The notes beneath the pieces are model-generated. The model did no database searches, was not told the origin of the DNA, and saw nothing but the letters and a program-made list of their open reading frames with translations. Below are positions 29,936 to 42,255 of a DNA stretch of 64,000 bases, piece by piece (the stretch's first letter is position 1; each line of letters starts with the position of its first letter). This DNA comes from Synechococcus sp. (GTDB lineage Bacteria > Cyanobacteriota > Cyanobacteriia > Thermostichales > PCC-7336), in assembly GCA_051439425.1 (NCBI GenBank), contig JBFRWD010000078.1, positions 48,630 through 112,629 on the forward strand, given 5' to 3'. The translations under genes were made by a program, and so were the position numbers.

Positions 29936-30333
29936 GACAACGTCAATACGACGGACCACTTGAACGGAATAGTTGTCTCACAGCACAACGAAATGATTAG
30001 GGTCGAAGTCTCTTGCTCCCTCCTCCCAAATTGGAAGCAGGGTGGAGGACGGGAGTTACCGCACTCAGATCAAGATAGTCTCAGGCCATGGCAGGACCTG
30101 TAGCGATCGGCAATCCACATCGCTTCATGGACTTACGTCTCGCGGCGATGGCGAGGTGACATCCACCCACCCAACGTCAGAACTCTAATCAGGACTCTAA
30201 ATAGCTCGAATCCTGATGTCAGTACTAGCCTACTCTCCAAATTACTGTTGTTCCGGTCCAAACATAAGGATTTTGGGCTACGACAATATACATTCAGCAA
30301 GAGTATCTGGTAGTCCTCCGAATGGAAGGATTG

Positions 30334-30375
30334 GTATATTTGATTCCTTTTTTTGAGATCGACCTTGAGTACTAT
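30334..30375 (+). promoter_or_regulatory. imperfect NtcA-type promoter of glnN
   Basis: GTA-TATTTGAT-TCC, exactly 22 nt, then TACTAT. Confidence 0.5.
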
Positions 30376-30403
30376 CAATCAGACATAGCCTCAGGATACA
30401 TAT

Positions 30404-32578
30404 ATGAGTAGAAATGAAGCTCGCGTAAACGCGGTTCAGCAGATTGCCAATCGGGAGCTTCTGCCACCCAAAGCGCCGAGAAGCCTAACAGATATGTGGG
30501 CAGAGAATGTCTTTAATTTACCTAAGATGCAAGCAACTCTGCCTAAAGCTGTCTTTAAGTCAATCAAGAAAACAATTGTCAGTGGAGAAAAGCTCGATCT
30601 TTCGATTGCAGATGCTGTGGCAACCGCAATGAAAGATTGGGCGATGTCCAAAGGGGCCCTTTACTACGCCCACGTCTTCTATCCCATGACCAACATGACT
30701 GCAGAGAAGCACGATGGCTTCATCTCAGTACAAGGTGACGGAAACGTCATTTCAGAGTTTTCCGGCAAGGTGCTAGTACAAGGAGAGCCGGATGGCTCGT
30801 CTTTCCCCAATGGCGGCATTAGAGACACCTTCGAAGCCAGGGGGTACACCGGGTGGGATGTTACCAGTCCTGCCTACATTATGGAAACGGACAACGGTTC
30901 GACACTTTGCATTCCTACCGTTTTCGTCTCTTGGACAGGCGAAGCATTAGATAAAAAAGTACCGCTTCTCAGGTCTATTGCAGCTATGGATAAAGCTGCC
31001 AACAAAGTACTGAAACTTCTAGGCCATACCGATGTTGCTCAAGTCAATTCTAGCTGCGGCGCCGAGCAAGAATATTTCTTGATTGATGCCAACTTTGCGA
31101 GTCAGCGTCCCGATCTCCTCTTGGCCGGACGAACTCTATTCGGTAAAGCTCCGGCAAAAGGCCAAGAGTTTGACGATCACTACTTTGGCGCGATCCCTGA
31201 GCGGGTTCAAGTCTTTATGCAAGACGTTGAAGAAGCGCTTTACAAGTTAGGCATACCCGCGAAGACAAGACATAACGAAGTCGCTCCCGGTCAATTTGAA
31301 ATTGCCCCCTTTTTTGAAGCGGCGAATGTTGCCAGTGACCACCAGCAGCTCCTAATGACCGTGCTAAAACATACTGCGAAGAAGCACGGATTTGTTTGTT
31401 TGCTGCATGAAAAGCCATTCGCTGGTATCAACGGTTCGGGTAAGCATGTCAACTGGTCCGTTGGAAATTCCACTCAAGGCAACTTGCTCGACCCAGGGGA
31501 CTCCCCACATGACAATGCCCAGTTTTTGGTGTTTTGTGGTGCTGTCATTCGGGGTGTTCATAAGTATGGGCCACTGATGAGGGCCGCCATCGCTACGGCC
31601 AGTAACGATCACCGACTGGGTGCCAATGAAGCACCGCCGGCCATCATGTCTGTCTATTTGGGTACGCAACTAGAAGAGGTTTTCGAGCAGATTAAAACTG
31701 GCTCAGTGACAGACTCCAAACATAAAGGTGTTATGGATCTGGGTATAGATGTGGTGCCTCCACTAACCAAAGATGCTGGCGACAGAAATCGAACATCTCC
31801 CTTTGCCTTTACTGGCAACCGATTTGAATTTCGCGCGGTGGGTTCGAGTCAATCAGTCGCAGGACCGTTGATTGTTCTGAACACGATGCTGGCAGATTCC
31901 TTGGAGTGGGTGGGCAATCGCTTAGAGAGCGAATTATCTAAAGGAGTAAGCCTGGATACTGCTATCCTCACAGTTCTCAAAGAAGTCATGGAAGTCCACG
32001 GTTCAGTTATCTTTGGTGGCAATGGCTATTCGAATGAATGGCACCAAATGGCAGTAGAAGAGCGCGGTTTAGCCAACTTGCCAACAACTGCTGATTCGCT
32101 ACCTGTACTCAAAGCTGACTACATTGGCGAACTGTTTGAGAAAACTGGGGTTCTGAGTCCTGTGGAGCTTGAGAGCCGCTTTGAAGTATACGCAGAGCAG
32201 TATATTCTCTCGATTGAAGTTGAAGCCAAACTTGCTTTGAGCATGGCAAAAACGACTATCTATCCTGCAGCAATCGAGTATTTATCTAAGTTGTCATCTA
32301 CTATTGCTAGCTTAACGGGGCTGGGCATCGATCTTGAAAAGGATAGTGCGCAGAAAGTCGCAAGTCTGGCTAATTCGCTACTTGCAGCCACTAGCGAATT
32401 AAGCGAAGCTCTTGGTAAACATGATTTTGTTTCAACTGATGAGCATATGCAGTATTGCGCAAAAGTGCTCCGCCCTTTAATGGATAAAATTCGTGGTTTT
32501 GCGGATTCTCTTGAAGGGGAAGTTGGAGATAGCTTCTGGCCATTGCCGACTTACCAGGAAATGTTGTTCATCAAGTAG
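30404..32578 (+). CDS. glnN: glutamine synthetase type III
   Basis: 724 aa; [61 protein letters not shown]. Confidence 0.96.
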   Translation: MSRNEARVNAVQQIANRELLPPKAPRSLTDMWAENVFNLPKMQATLPKAVFKSIKKTIVSGEKLDLSIADAVATAMKDWAMSKGALYYAHVFYPMTNMTAEKHDGFISVQGDGNVISEFSGKVLVQGEPDGSSFPNGGIRDTFEARGYTGWDVTSPAYIMETDNGSTLCIPTVFVSWTGEALDKKVPLLRSIAAMDKAANKVLKLLGHTDVAQVNSSCGAEQEYFLIDANFASQRPDLLLAGRTLFGKAPAKGQEFDDHYFGAIPERVQVFMQDVEEALYKLGIPAKTRHNEVAPGQFEIAPFFEAANVASDHQQLLMTVLKHTAKKHGFVCLLHEKPFAGINGSGKHVNWSVGNSTQGNLLDPGDSPHDNAQFLVFCGAVIRGVHKYGPLMRAAIATASNDHRLGANEAPPAIMSVYLGTQLEEVFEQIKTGSVTDSKHKGVMDLGIDVVPPLTKDAGDRNRTSPFAFTGNRFEFRAVGSSQSVAGPLIVLNTMLADSLEWVGNRLESELSKGVSLDTAILTVLKEVMEVHGSVIFGGNGYSNEWHQMAVEERGLANLPTTADSLPVLKADYIGELFEKTGVLSPVELESRFEVYAEQYILSIEVEAKLALSMAKTTIYPAAIEYLSKLSSTIASLTGLGIDLEKDSAQKVASLANSLLAATSELSEALGKHDFVSTDEHMQYCAKVLRPLMDKIRGFADSLEGEVGDSFWPLPTYQEMLFIK

Positions 32579-32891
32579 TCCTTATTCAGGAATACCCTAA
32601 CTTCCGCCAGAGACAAGGCCTAGAGCTCGTCTCTGGCATAGGTAGGCACCAAAACGTGTAAACCGTGCTGTGAGTAACGATGCTGGGAGGCACAAAACTT
32701 GAGCTGAACGCTTGCACTGAAAAGATGTGAATTCTAACAGATTGGGCTGAATCGATGAACTAAATGCGTGAGAAGGAGCGATAGCGACTAAAGGTCATTG
32801 CCGAAATAGCTCTCTGTCAATTAACCGTCAACAAGCTATCTGAAAGAATACTTAGAACTGCAGATTGACTTAATCCAGAAAGGATTTTTTT

Positions 32892-32933
32892 GTATCTTTC
32901 GATACAATTCGATGCGAACCCCCTCTCTAGGAT
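32892..32933 (+). promoter_or_regulatory. canonical NtcA-activated promoter of glnA
   Basis: GTA-TCTTTCGA-TAC (32892-32905), 22 nt, TAGGAT (32928-32933). Confidence 0.88.
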
Positions 32934-33041
32934 CGGGTGAGCAAAATGTGACGCTCTCATGACTCCGGTGCCCAACTATCGCTGAAAGCCGTTTGAGGAG
33001 GGCGTCCGGGAACCATTGCAGGACGAAGTAAGGAGACTCGA

Positions 33042-34460
33042 ATGGCAACCCCCCAAGACATCCTAAATCTCATCAAAGAAAAAGATATTCAGATGGTCGA
33101 TCTGAAGTTCGTTGACTTGCTGGGAACTTGGCAACACGTCTCTTTTTACAAAGATTTGATTGACGAAGATGTCTTCACTGAAGGTCTGGGATTTGACGGC
33201 TCCAGTATTCGTGGCTGGAAGGCGATCAACAACTCCGACATGGCGATCGTCCCCGATCCCAGCACCGCCTGGATCGACCCCTTCATGGCGGAACCCACCC
33301 TCAGCATGCTGTGCACCATTCAAGAGCCTCGCACTGGCGAAGCTTACGAACGCTGCCCTCGTAGCTTGGCTGTTAAAGCTCTGGAATACATGCAGTCCAC
33401 CGGTATTGCGGATACCGCATACTTCGGTCCCGAGCCCGAGTTCTTTGTCTTTGATGATGTTCGCTACGACCAAAACGAAAATAGTTGCTACCACTTCGTA
33501 GACTCTGTCGAGGGTAAATGGAACTCTGGTCGCGAAGAAGCTGGCGGCAACCTGGGCTACAAAATTCGCTATAAGGAAGGCTACTTCCCCGTAGGTCCCA
33601 GTGATACCTATCAAGATCTGCGTACCGAGATGTTGCTGACCATGGGTGCTCTGGGTGTGCCCATCGAGAAGCATCACCACGAAGTAGCAACTGCCGGTCA
33701 GGCAGAATTGGGCCTCAAGTTTGCTCCCCTAATCAACGCTGCAGACTACGTTCTGACCTACAAGTACGTCGTCAAAAATGTTGCCAAGAAGCATGGCAAG
33801 ACCGCCACATTCATGCCCAAGCCTCTGTTTAACGACAACGGCACCGGTATGCACACCCATCAGTCTCTTTGGAAAGACGGCCAGCCTTTGTTCTTCGGTG
33901 ATGGCTATGCCAATCTGAGCCAAACCGCCCTGCATTACATCGGCGGTATCCTCAAACACGCTCCCGCATTGTTGGCCTTCACCAACCCCACGATCAACTC
34001 CTATAAGCGTCTGGTACCTGGGTTCGAAGCACCCGTTAACCTGGCATACTCCCAGGGCAACCGCTCTGCGTCCATCCGCATCCCCGTCACCGGAGCCAAC
34101 CCCAAGGCCAAGCGTCTTGAGTTCCGTTGCCCTGACGCTACTGCCAACCCCTACTTGGCGTTTGCAGCCATGTTGATGGCGGGTCTCGACGGTATCAAGA
34201 ACCAAATCGATCCTGGCAGCTCGTTAGATGTGGACATCTACGATTTGTCCCCCGATGAGTTGGCCAACATTCCATCTACCCCTGGTTCTTTGGCCGAGGC
34301 TTTGGAAAATCTGAACAACGACCACGAGTTCTTGACTGCTGGCGGCGTGTTCTCCGAAGACTTCATCAAAAACTGGATCGAGTACAAGCTGGATAATGAG
34401 GTGATTCCCATTAGCTTGCGCCCCCATCCTTACGAATTCGCACTCTACTACGATTGCTAA
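33042..34460 (+). CDS. glnA: glutamine synthetase type I
   Basis: [45 protein letters not shown]. Confidence 0.98.
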   Translation: MATPQDILNLIKEKDIQMVDLKFVDLLGTWQHVSFYKDLIDEDVFTEGLGFDGSSIRGWKAINNSDMAIVPDPSTAWIDPFMAEPTLSMLCTIQEPRTGEAYERCPRSLAVKALEYMQSTGIADTAYFGPEPEFFVFDDVRYDQNENSCYHFVDSVEGKWNSGREEAGGNLGYKIRYKEGYFPVGPSDTYQDLRTEMLLTMGALGVPIEKHHHEVATAGQAELGLKFAPLINAADYVLTYKYVVKNVAKKHGKTATFMPKPLFNDNGTGMHTHQSLWKDGQPLFFGDGYANLSQTALHYIGGILKHAPALLAFTNPTINSYKRLVPGFEAPVNLAYSQGNRSASIRIPVTGANPKAKRLEFRCPDATANPYLAFAAMLMAGLDGIKNQIDPGSSLDVDIYDLSPDELANIPSTPGSLAEALENLNNDHEFLTAGGVFSEDFIKNWIEYKLDNEVIPISLRPHPYEFALYYDC

Positions 34461-34575
34461 GCTTCATCCGCCTAGCACCTAAGCCCGCTTCTAGATTTTT
34501 GAGTCCTAGGACTTTGTTTAACTCCTAGAATCTCGAAGGGATGGAAGCGATCGCCAATCAGTATTCTGATGACAC

Positions 34576-34600
34576 AGCCCCTGCGAGCAGGGGCTTTTTT
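34576..34600 (+). terminator. intrinsic terminator after glnA
   Basis: AGCCCCTG-CGAG-CAGGGGCT followed by a T run. Confidence 0.85.
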
Positions 34601-34628
34601 ATTGCCTAAGGAGTAATTTGGGCAGAGC

Positions 34629-34725
34629 TACAGCAATCCGCTATGAAGTCTGGAGAGTTGAGAACACGAAAATACTTGATTATCAAGGAACAGTAGTCAG
34701 GTAAGTCTCCATAACGGATTGCCGA
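34629..34725. mobile_element. 97-bp MITE-like element, copy B
   Basis: Terminal inverted repeats 34631-34650/34705-34724 (16/20); homologous to 16810-16906. Confidence 0.6.
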
Positions 34726-34894
34726 GCGCCGTAGGACACGCTGCCCCCCCTTCAGACAATTTATCAATTTATCCAACCGCACTCGGCGCTTTCCAAGACA
34801 GTAAAGAGGATAGTGAGAGTGCTATCGTCTAGGAATTCGTTTATGTTGCTAGTGCATCTAGCGACAGACATCAACAATTTTTTAAAATTTAGTA

Positions 34895-36343
34895 ATGACA
34901 TCTCTGAATCCTTCAGACAGACCTACTTCTCAGCCCGCTGTTGGTGAAGGGGAAGTTGATTTGCCTTCCGTAACTATCCTCACAATGTTACGGCTGGGAC
35001 TCTTCCAAATGGGGTTGGGAATTATGTCCCTGCTCACTCTAGGAGTCCTCAATCGACTGATGATTGACGAGCTGAGAATTCCAGCGTTGGTAGCAGCTGG
35101 TTCCATTGCCATGCACCAGTTTGTGTCCCCAGCTCGCCTGTGGTTCGGGCAATTATCCGATGCTAGGCCGCTGTGGGGATATCACCGCACCGGATATGTG
35201 TGGATTGGGACAGCCCTGCTGGCGATCGCGGCATTTATTGCCCTGCAAATAGTGTGGCAGTTGGGGGCCAGTTACACAGCAGTAGGCTGGACAGGGCCAA
35301 CCTTTGGCTGGGTTGGAGCCCTGGGGCTAATGTTTGTGCTCTACGGTCTGGCTCTCAGCGCCAGTTCAACGCCATTTGCAGCCTTATTAGTCGATGTCTC
35401 TGACGAAGACAACCGATCGCGAATTGTCAGTGTGGTGTGGTCCATGCTGATGATCGGCATCATTATTGGAGCCATTATTAGTAGCCAATTACTAAGCCAA
35501 TTGGGAGTGGATGCTCCGATTGAAGACTTGCAAGCCACTATCAACAGTCTATTCATCATCATTCCTGTCTCTGTGGTGGGGTTGTCGGTATTAGCCACCC
35601 TGCGCATCGAACGGAAATACTCGCGCTATTCCAGCCGCTCGACCGTTAGCGATCGCGAAGACAGCATTACGTTGGGTCGGGCACTAACCGTTCTCACCAG
35701 CAGTCGCCAGACCGGAATTTTCTTTAGTTTCCTGCTGTTAATGAGCATTAGTTTATTCATGCAAGACGCCATTCTCGAACCCTACGGCGGAGAGGTATTT
35801 GGCATGAAGATTTCCGAAACCACCCGACTCAATGCCTTTTTCGGCATGGGCACCCTGCTGGGAATCGCGACAACAGGATTTGCGATTGTTCCTCGTTGCG
35901 GTAAGCAAGGCACAACCCGCCTCGGATGTATTTTGGTCGCAATCTGCCTGATCGGACTGATGATTGCTGGCTTCACCGGCAATCCCCAATTCTTGATGGG
36001 CATGTTGTTGCTGTTCGGTTTTGGGTCGGGAGTACTGACCGCAGGGGCTATTAGCTTGATGCTGGATCTAACGGCAGCCGAAACTGCCGGGACGTTTATT
36101 GGGGCATGGGGCTTGGCACAAGCGATGGCGAGAGGGTTATCCACTGTCTTAGGTGGAGGAGTACTCGATATGGGTCGCTGGCTGTTCGATACACCGGTTT
36201 TGGCCTACTCGTCTGTTTTCATAGTGCAAGCTGTTGGAATGTTGACAGCATTATTTATTCTCAAGCAGGTCAATATCCAAGAATTTCAGGACAATACAAA
36301 GCAGGCGATTGCTGCCGTTCTGAGTAGCGAAATTGAGGATTAG
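34895..36343 (+). CDS. BCD/PucC-family MFS transporter
   Basis: LRLGLFQMGLGIMSLLTLGVLNRLMI, HRTGYVWIG, QDAILEPYGG, GTFIGAWGLAQA. Confidence 0.9.
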   Translation: MTSLNPSDRPTSQPAVGEGEVDLPSVTILTMLRLGLFQMGLGIMSLLTLGVLNRLMIDELRIPALVAAGSIAMHQFVSPARLWFGQLSDARPLWGYHRTGYVWIGTALLAIAAFIALQIVWQLGASYTAVGWTGPTFGWVGALGLMFVLYGLALSASSTPFAALLVDVSDEDNRSRIVSVVWSMLMIGIIIGAIISSQLLSQLGVDAPIEDLQATINSLFIIIPVSVVGLSVLATLRIERKYSRYSSRSTVSDREDSITLGRALTVLTSSRQTGIFFSFLLLMSISLFMQDAILEPYGGEVFGMKISETTRLNAFFGMGTLLGIATTGFAIVPRCGKQGTTRLGCILVAICLIGLMIAGFTGNPQFLMGMLLLFGFGSGVLTAGAISLMLDLTAAETAGTFIGAWGLAQAMARGLSTVLGGGVLDMGRWLFDTPVLAYSSVFIVQAVGMLTALFILKQVNIQEFQDNTKQAIAAVLSSEIED

Positions 36344-36346
36344 TCC

Positions 36347-37666
36347 ATGACAGCCCCGCCCTCCCGGCGACGTCGCAGTAGCAATCCAGGTGGTTTTACC
36401 TGGCATCAATGGCGTACGGGATGGCGAGATTTTGACGGAATATTGATGGGGACCGTCCTGCTGTTGAATGCCATTGGCATTGTGGCGATTTACAGCACCA
36501 ACACCACCAGTTCGTTTTGGTCACAACAAGGGTTAACCAGTGTCCTCTGCGTAATGCTAGCGATCGCCCTTTCTCGACTTGATTATCGCTGGCTACAGAA
36601 ATGGCACTGGGTGCTGTATGGCATCAGCCTAGCCATGCTGGTTGGAGTATTGGTGGCGGGGGTGACCAGTGGTGGAGCCGCTCGCTGGCTGATGGTGGCA
36701 GGCTTTAAGGTGCAACCGTCGGAATTTGCCAAATTAGCCGTAATTCTCACAACTGCTGCAATTCTGCACCGTTGGCCGATTCGTCATTTTGCTCAAGTGT
36801 GGCTGGTGGCCCTGGCATTCGTGCCCCCCTGGATTTTGATTTTTCTGCAGCCTGACTTGGGCACCGCACTAATCTTTGTGGCCATTTTTACCGGTATGAC
36901 CTATTGGGGCGGAGCACGCCTGAGTTGGCTCGTGCTGCTTGCCTCCCCTGCTGTGGCAGCGATCGTCTATGGCTTCTACACCGGCACAAATGCCCAATGG
37001 CTGTTGTGGACTTGGCTGGGTTGGGTAGTGTTTGCCTGTGGGTTGGCTCTTTGGCAGTTGCCGTGGCGACGGCTGAGCGTCTCTGTTGTGGCGTTGCTGA
37101 ATCTGTCGGCTGGTTTCTTAGGGCAAATTGTCTGGGGGGTGTTGCAACCCTATCAGCGTCAGCGCCTGCTCATCTTTATGGATCCGGATGGCGATCCGTT
37201 GGGGGCAGGCTACCACCTGATTCAGTCTCGCATTGCGATTGGGGCCGGCGGAGTCTGGGGCCAGGGGATTACTCAAGGCAGCCAGACACAGCTCAATTTT
37301 ATTCCCGAGCAGCATACTGACTTTATCTTTGCCGCCATCGGTGAAGAGCTGGGCTTTGTGGGTGCAATGGTGGTCCTGCTGCTCATTTGGCTGATTTGTC
37401 TACGGCTGGTGGCAATCGCCCACTCTGCTAGAGATGATTTCGGGTCACTAGTGGCGATCGGTGTGTTCAGCACCATTCTGTTTCAATCATTAGTCAACAT
37501 AGGCATGACAATTGGCCTCATGCCGATTACCGGCTTGCCACTGCCATTTGTCAGCTACGGTCGCTCAGCCCTGTTAACATACTTTTTAGCCCTTGGCATT
37601 GTGGAGTCAGTGGCGAAACATCGAACTCCCCCTCGGTTCTTCCACCAGGGCAACAGCATTCGCTAG
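36347..37666 (+). CDS. rodA: rod shape-determining protein RodA
   Basis: QPSEFAK, QPDLGT, GAGYHLIQSRIAIG, PEQHTDFIF, TGLPLPFVSYG. Confidence 0.92.
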   Translation: MTAPPSRRRRSSNPGGFTWHQWRTGWRDFDGILMGTVLLLNAIGIVAIYSTNTTSSFWSQQGLTSVLCVMLAIALSRLDYRWLQKWHWVLYGISLAMLVGVLVAGVTSGGAARWLMVAGFKVQPSEFAKLAVILTTAAILHRWPIRHFAQVWLVALAFVPPWILIFLQPDLGTALIFVAIFTGMTYWGGARLSWLVLLASPAVAAIVYGFYTGTNAQWLLWTWLGWVVFACGLALWQLPWRRLSVSVVALLNLSAGFLGQIVWGVLQPYQRQRLLIFMDPDGDPLGAGYHLIQSRIAIGAGGVWGQGITQGSQTQLNFIPEQHTDFIFAAIGEELGFVGAMVVLLLIWLICLRLVAIAHSARDDFGSLVAIGVFSTILFQSLVNIGMTIGLMPITGLPLPFVSYGRSALLTYFLALGIVESVAKHRTPPRFFHQGNSIR

Positions 37667-37925
37667 CAATACTGGTACGAACACAATAGAAGGTCTCAAA
37701 CAACAAAGAAAAAGCGATTTAAGTCTCGGACATTGAAGAAGGTATCAGCCTCGCTAGACAAGCCACCTCTAGCTGCGATTGAGGGAGCTTATTTCATCCA
37801 TTAGACGATCGCAAGAGCGACTGGGATGTGTCCGCTTACAATACCTGTAAGGGTAGATAATTGGATGATGTCTTTTCGGGACTGTCGCCGTTACTCTACC
37901 GATGCTCTCGTTTCGGAATAGTGCA

Positions 37926-38069
37926 ATGACGACAGAATCTGCGATCGCCAAAGCTCAACTGGTTGACGAACAGACTGAGGGTAAGCAAGAAGCTACCGCC
38001 TATTTCGGTCGTCCTATTGCCAGCAACGACATCGACAACTCTGACGATTTGATGGGCTACCTGGACTAG
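37926..38069 (+). CDS. 47-aa small protein ending RPIASND...LMGYLD
   Basis: Own translation MTTESAIAKAQLVDEQTEGKQEATAYFGRPIASNDIDNSDDLMGYLD. The tail resembles a recalled cyanobacterial hypothetical-protein motif. Confidence 0.6.
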   Translation: MTTESAIAKAQLVDEQTEGKQEATAYFGRPIASNDIDNSDDLMGYLD

Positions 38070-38088
38070 TCAGAACGTCTAAGGCCGG

Positions 38089-39603
38089 TCAAAACATACT
38101 GGCGGCTGAACGACAATTGTCGCAGACTTTGCAGGGGCGATTTGCTGCATAGCCCAGTGCGGTTTCAATGGCCTGCCAGCGGCACTGCTTATTAGTGACC
38201 AACATTTGAATGGAGGTGCAATCGTTTTGATTGCGCCTTTTTTGCTTGAGATATGAGATTGGAGATCCTCGCCCGACCTGCCGTCGCGAGAAGTGGAACG
38301 GATCGTCCCAATGAATGTGCCCTGATTGCCTTAGCAGCGCCAAGGACAGCGCGTTTGTCGGTGACTGCGCCACAACACGCTCGTGCGTTCCTCGCTCCGG
38401 GAGTTTCGGGAAAAGCTGTTGCGCCTGCCTCTGGACATCTAACTTCTGGTGCTGAAAATACCGCCACAGTTGGTGATCGCTGCTGTCCAGCAATCCGGTC
38501 GGTTCGGAGACGAGCATCAGTGCATCGGCGGCTTGGCCATCGCGTCCGGCACGCCCAATTTCCTGAACGTAATCGGTCACGCTTGCAGGCGGTTGAAAGT
38601 GAAGCACCCAGCGAACATGAGGGCAGTCAACCCCCATGCCAAATGCAGTGGTGCAAACCAAGAACGATCGCTCCCCCGACAACCACTCGCGCTCCAGTCG
38701 CCTGCGCCGCTCGGAACACACTCCACCGTGATAAGCCACTGCTAGCAATCCTTGCGAAGACAGAGTGTCTGCCAACTCCTGACAGACTTTGCGAGTGCGA
38801 GCATAAACCAGCCCCGTCTGCCCTGAATGCTGCCGCACAAAGGCAATTAATTGCTTACGACGCCCTGCTGCCGTCCACGCTACCTTCAGTGCGATACGAA
38901 TATTCTCCCGTCGTGGACTAGCACGAACCACTAACGGATTCTGTAGCTCCAGTACATCCTGCAACAGTGCTTGTGTGTCTTGATTGGCTGTTGCTGTAAA
39001 TGCAGCAACGGAGAACTGCCGTCCCAATCCCCGGCGAATTGAGCCTAGCCGCATGAATGCCGGTCGAAACGAGCTACCCCATTCAGCTACAGTATGAGCC
39101 TCATCAACGATCGCCCCGGCAATGGTGACTGATGGCCACTGCAGTCGTTCCCATACCGATGAATGGAACACCATTTCGGGAGACAAGTAGAGCAACGCTA
39201 GCTGCCCCCGCTCCAATTGCGACAGAATGCGACGCTTGCGATGGCGATCGAGCTGACCGTGCAATGCTTCAGCGTTCAAACCTCGCTTCTTCAAGCACCT
39301 AGCTTGATCTTCCATCAGCGCTATCAAGGGGGTAATAACAAGCGTCACTCCCGTTTGCAGGCTGGCTGGAAGCTGGAAGCACAAAGACTTTCCAAACCCT
39401 GTGGGCAACACCACCAGAGCATCCCGACCGTTCAGCAATGCTGCAATGACATCCGCTTGAGGAGACCGAAGTTGAGCTAACCCCCAATAACGCTGCAGCT
39501 GAGCTTGGACCGATGCGGGAAGACCATTGGTAGTACCGGGCTCCCGAGCATCAATGGGTGACCCAACATAAGGATGATTCGCAGAATAGCCGGCCATTGA
39601 CAC
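38089..39603 (-). CDS. recQ: RecQ-family DNA helicase
   Basis: LPTGFGKS, VDEAH, TATA, AFGMGVD, QEIGRAGRDG, Cys Zn-binding tail. Start uncertain. Confidence 0.9.
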   Translation of the reverse strand: MSMAGYSANHPYVGSPIDAREPGTTNGLPASVQAQLQRYWGLAQLRSPQADVIAALLNGRDALVVLPTGFGKSLCFQLPASLQTGVTLVITPLIALMEDQARCLKKRGLNAEALHGQLDRHRKRRILSQLERGQLALLYLSPEMVFHSSVWERLQWPSVTIAGAIVDEAHTVAEWGSSFRPAFMRLGSIRRGLGRQFSVAAFTATANQDTQALLQDVLELQNPLVVRASPRRENIRIALKVAWTAAGRRKQLIAFVRQHSGQTGLVYARTRKVCQELADTLSSQGLLAVAYHGGVCSERRRRLEREWLSGERSFLVCTTAFGMGVDCPHVRWVLHFQPPASVTDYVQEIGRAGRDGQAADALMLVSEPTGLLDSSDHQLWRYFQHQKLDVQRQAQQLFPKLPERGTHERVVAQSPTNALSLALLRQSGHIHWDDPFHFSRRQVGRGSPISYLKQKRRNQNDCTSIQMLVTNKQCRWQAIETALGYAANRPCKVCDNCRSAASMF

Positions 39604-39633
39604 TCAGACGAAGCAATACGGGCCATCGAGATA

Positions 39634-41025
39634 CTAGTGGCCGATTCCAATGTAAGTAAATCCAGCCTCCGCCAACACCGTGCGATCGAGGATATTGCGA
39701 CCATCCACAATAGCAGGATGAGGCATTAACGGAGCCAATTTGGCAAAGTCCAGCGACCGGAACTCCTGCCACTCGGTAACCAACACCAAAACATCGCAGC
39801 CCTCTACCGCTTTCTCGACACTGGGCTCAAGAGACACCCCTGCATAGTCAGCATCGCTATCAGGCTGAGACAAAATTGGGTCGTAGGCTTTCACTTTGGC
39901 CCCCAAACGATTCAGCTTTTCCACCAAAGTCAGGGCAGGAGCATCCCGCATGTCATCGGTGTTGGGTTTGAAGGTCATGCCTAACAAACCAACTGTTTTC
40001 CCCTTCAAAATCTTGAGGTGTTGCTGGAGCTTTTCAACCACTTGCTGCCGCTGATACTGGTTGACACTGACAGCAGCTTTTAACAACTGCGTATCGTAGC
40101 CATAGTCAGCTCCCGTATGGATTAACGCTGCTACATCTTTAGGGAAGCAAGACCCCCCCCAACCCAATCCGGCCTGCAGAAATTTCTCGCCGATACGGGA
40201 ATCCAGTCCAATGCCTTTAGCCACTTCAACCACATCCGCGCCTACGCGATCGCAGATATTGGCAATCTCGTTCGCAAAACTAATTTTGGTAGCCAAAAAT
40301 GAATTGGAGGCATATTTCACCATCTCGGCAGAGCTCAAGTCAGTCACCACTACCGGTACGTTAGACAATGACTTATCTCCCGCATAGCTGCGATCGACGA
40401 TAGGTGCGTACAGCTCCTTCATGAAGGCAATCGCCTCGGGGTTATTGCCCCCCAGCACAATGCGATCGGGGTTGAGTGTATCGAAAATGGCCGAACCTTC
40501 TCTCAAGAATTCGGGGTTACTGACCACTTCAAACTTAGGAACTGGAAGCGCCGCGGTAGATATATTGCTGCCTGCTTCAACCAATGTCTGTTGGCTCTCG
40601 GCCATTCCTTCCAGCACCAGCATGCGCACCCAATTTCCAGACCCAATCGGGACTGTAGACTTATTGACAATGACCTTGAAGTCATCTGGAGTTAGATGCG
40701 AGCCAATTCCACGGGCAACCGCTTCCACAAAACGGGTATCGCTTTCACCGCTGGGTAAAGGAGGGGTGCCGACCGCAATAAATAAGACATCGCTGCTCTT
40801 GACTCCCCGCTCCAAATCGGTGGTGAACTGGATGCGATCGCTTTGAATCGCCTCTTGCATCAGCTCGGATAACCCCGGCTCGTAAATTGGGGATTTCCCC
40901 GCTTGCATGACTTTAACTTTGGCTTCGTTATTGTCAACGCAAATCACATCGTGGCCGACATGCGCCAAACACACCCCGGTCACCAGGCCTACATAGCCAG
41001 TTCCAATTACACATACTTGCATCAA
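39634..41025 (-). CDS. ugd: UDP-glucose 6-dehydrogenase
   Basis: GTGYVG, NKSTVP, SNPEFLREG, GWGGSCFPKD, FKPNTDD. Confidence 0.95.
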   Translation of the reverse strand: MMQVCVIGTGYVGLVTGVCLAHVGHDVICVDNNEAKVKVMQAGKSPIYEPGLSELMQEAIQSDRIQFTTDLERGVKSSDVLFIAVGTPPLPSGESDTRFVEAVARGIGSHLTPDDFKVIVNKSTVPIGSGNWVRMLVLEGMAESQQTLVEAGSNISTAALPVPKFEVVSNPEFLREGSAIFDTLNPDRIVLGGNNPEAIAFMKELYAPIVDRSYAGDKSLSNVPVVVTDLSSAEMVKYASNSFLATKISFANEIANICDRVGADVVEVAKGIGLDSRIGEKFLQAGLGWGGSCFPKDVAALIHTGADYGYDTQLLKAAVSVNQYQRQQVVEKLQQHLKILKGKTVGLLGMTFKPNTDDMRDAPALTLVEKLNRLGAKVKAYDPILSQPDSDADYAGVSLEPSVEKAVEGCDVLVLVTEWQEFRSLDFAKLAPLMPHPAIVDGRNILDRTVLAEAGFTYIGIGH

Positions 41026-41153
41026 CGGTCTCCTAGCTCACATGTTGAGGGGAATGAGTAAATAGTTGGGATCGCTCACGAACATACGATTCGTGAAAAA
41101 GCCTTCAAAGGAAAAATCATACAAAGGAAAACACACTCAGAGGGAGTGAATAC

Positions 41154-41796
<643 letters not shown>

Positions 41797-42255
41797 TCAG
41801 CAACGGCATGCTTTATTGACATAGCAGTCTCTACATAAAGCCTACTTTCAAGTGTTGCAAATTGCGTCAACGATATACGCCAAATCTCACCCCCGGCTGT
41901 GTATATATATACGAATACAGGCGGAACAAAGAACATTCTATGATGCCAAACGAGTGTCATATCTCCCTTGAGGCGTTAGAAGCATTCACTGTACGTTGCT
42001 ACAACAGCCCTCCACATTCACCTGGTTCTGAAATCTACCGAACAACTATTGCAACTACTTTTTAAAGGTTGAGATTACTAACTTCATTGCCAGCAAGTTT
42101 TTTCTGACAAAAACCTGCAGAGTCGAGCTTCACCAATCGCTTCGAGGCACTCATGTCTTCTGATCTTTAGTCTTAATTTTCAATTCTCTTTTACTTCAGC
42201 TGGATGCATATTTGATTGAGCTGACTGCACATTCTCCATGCGAGTTATTTATCTT

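Noticed and set aside
30012..30055. Degenerate CCCTCCTCCCAAATTGGAAGCAGGG hairpin resembling common cyanobacterial dispersed repeats
   Set aside because: A single, poorly conserved copy; not enough to call.
33063..34427. Long antisense ORFs within glnA (similarly within accC, acsF, the porin, recQ and rnc)
   Set aside because: Shadow frames of strongly codon-biased genes.
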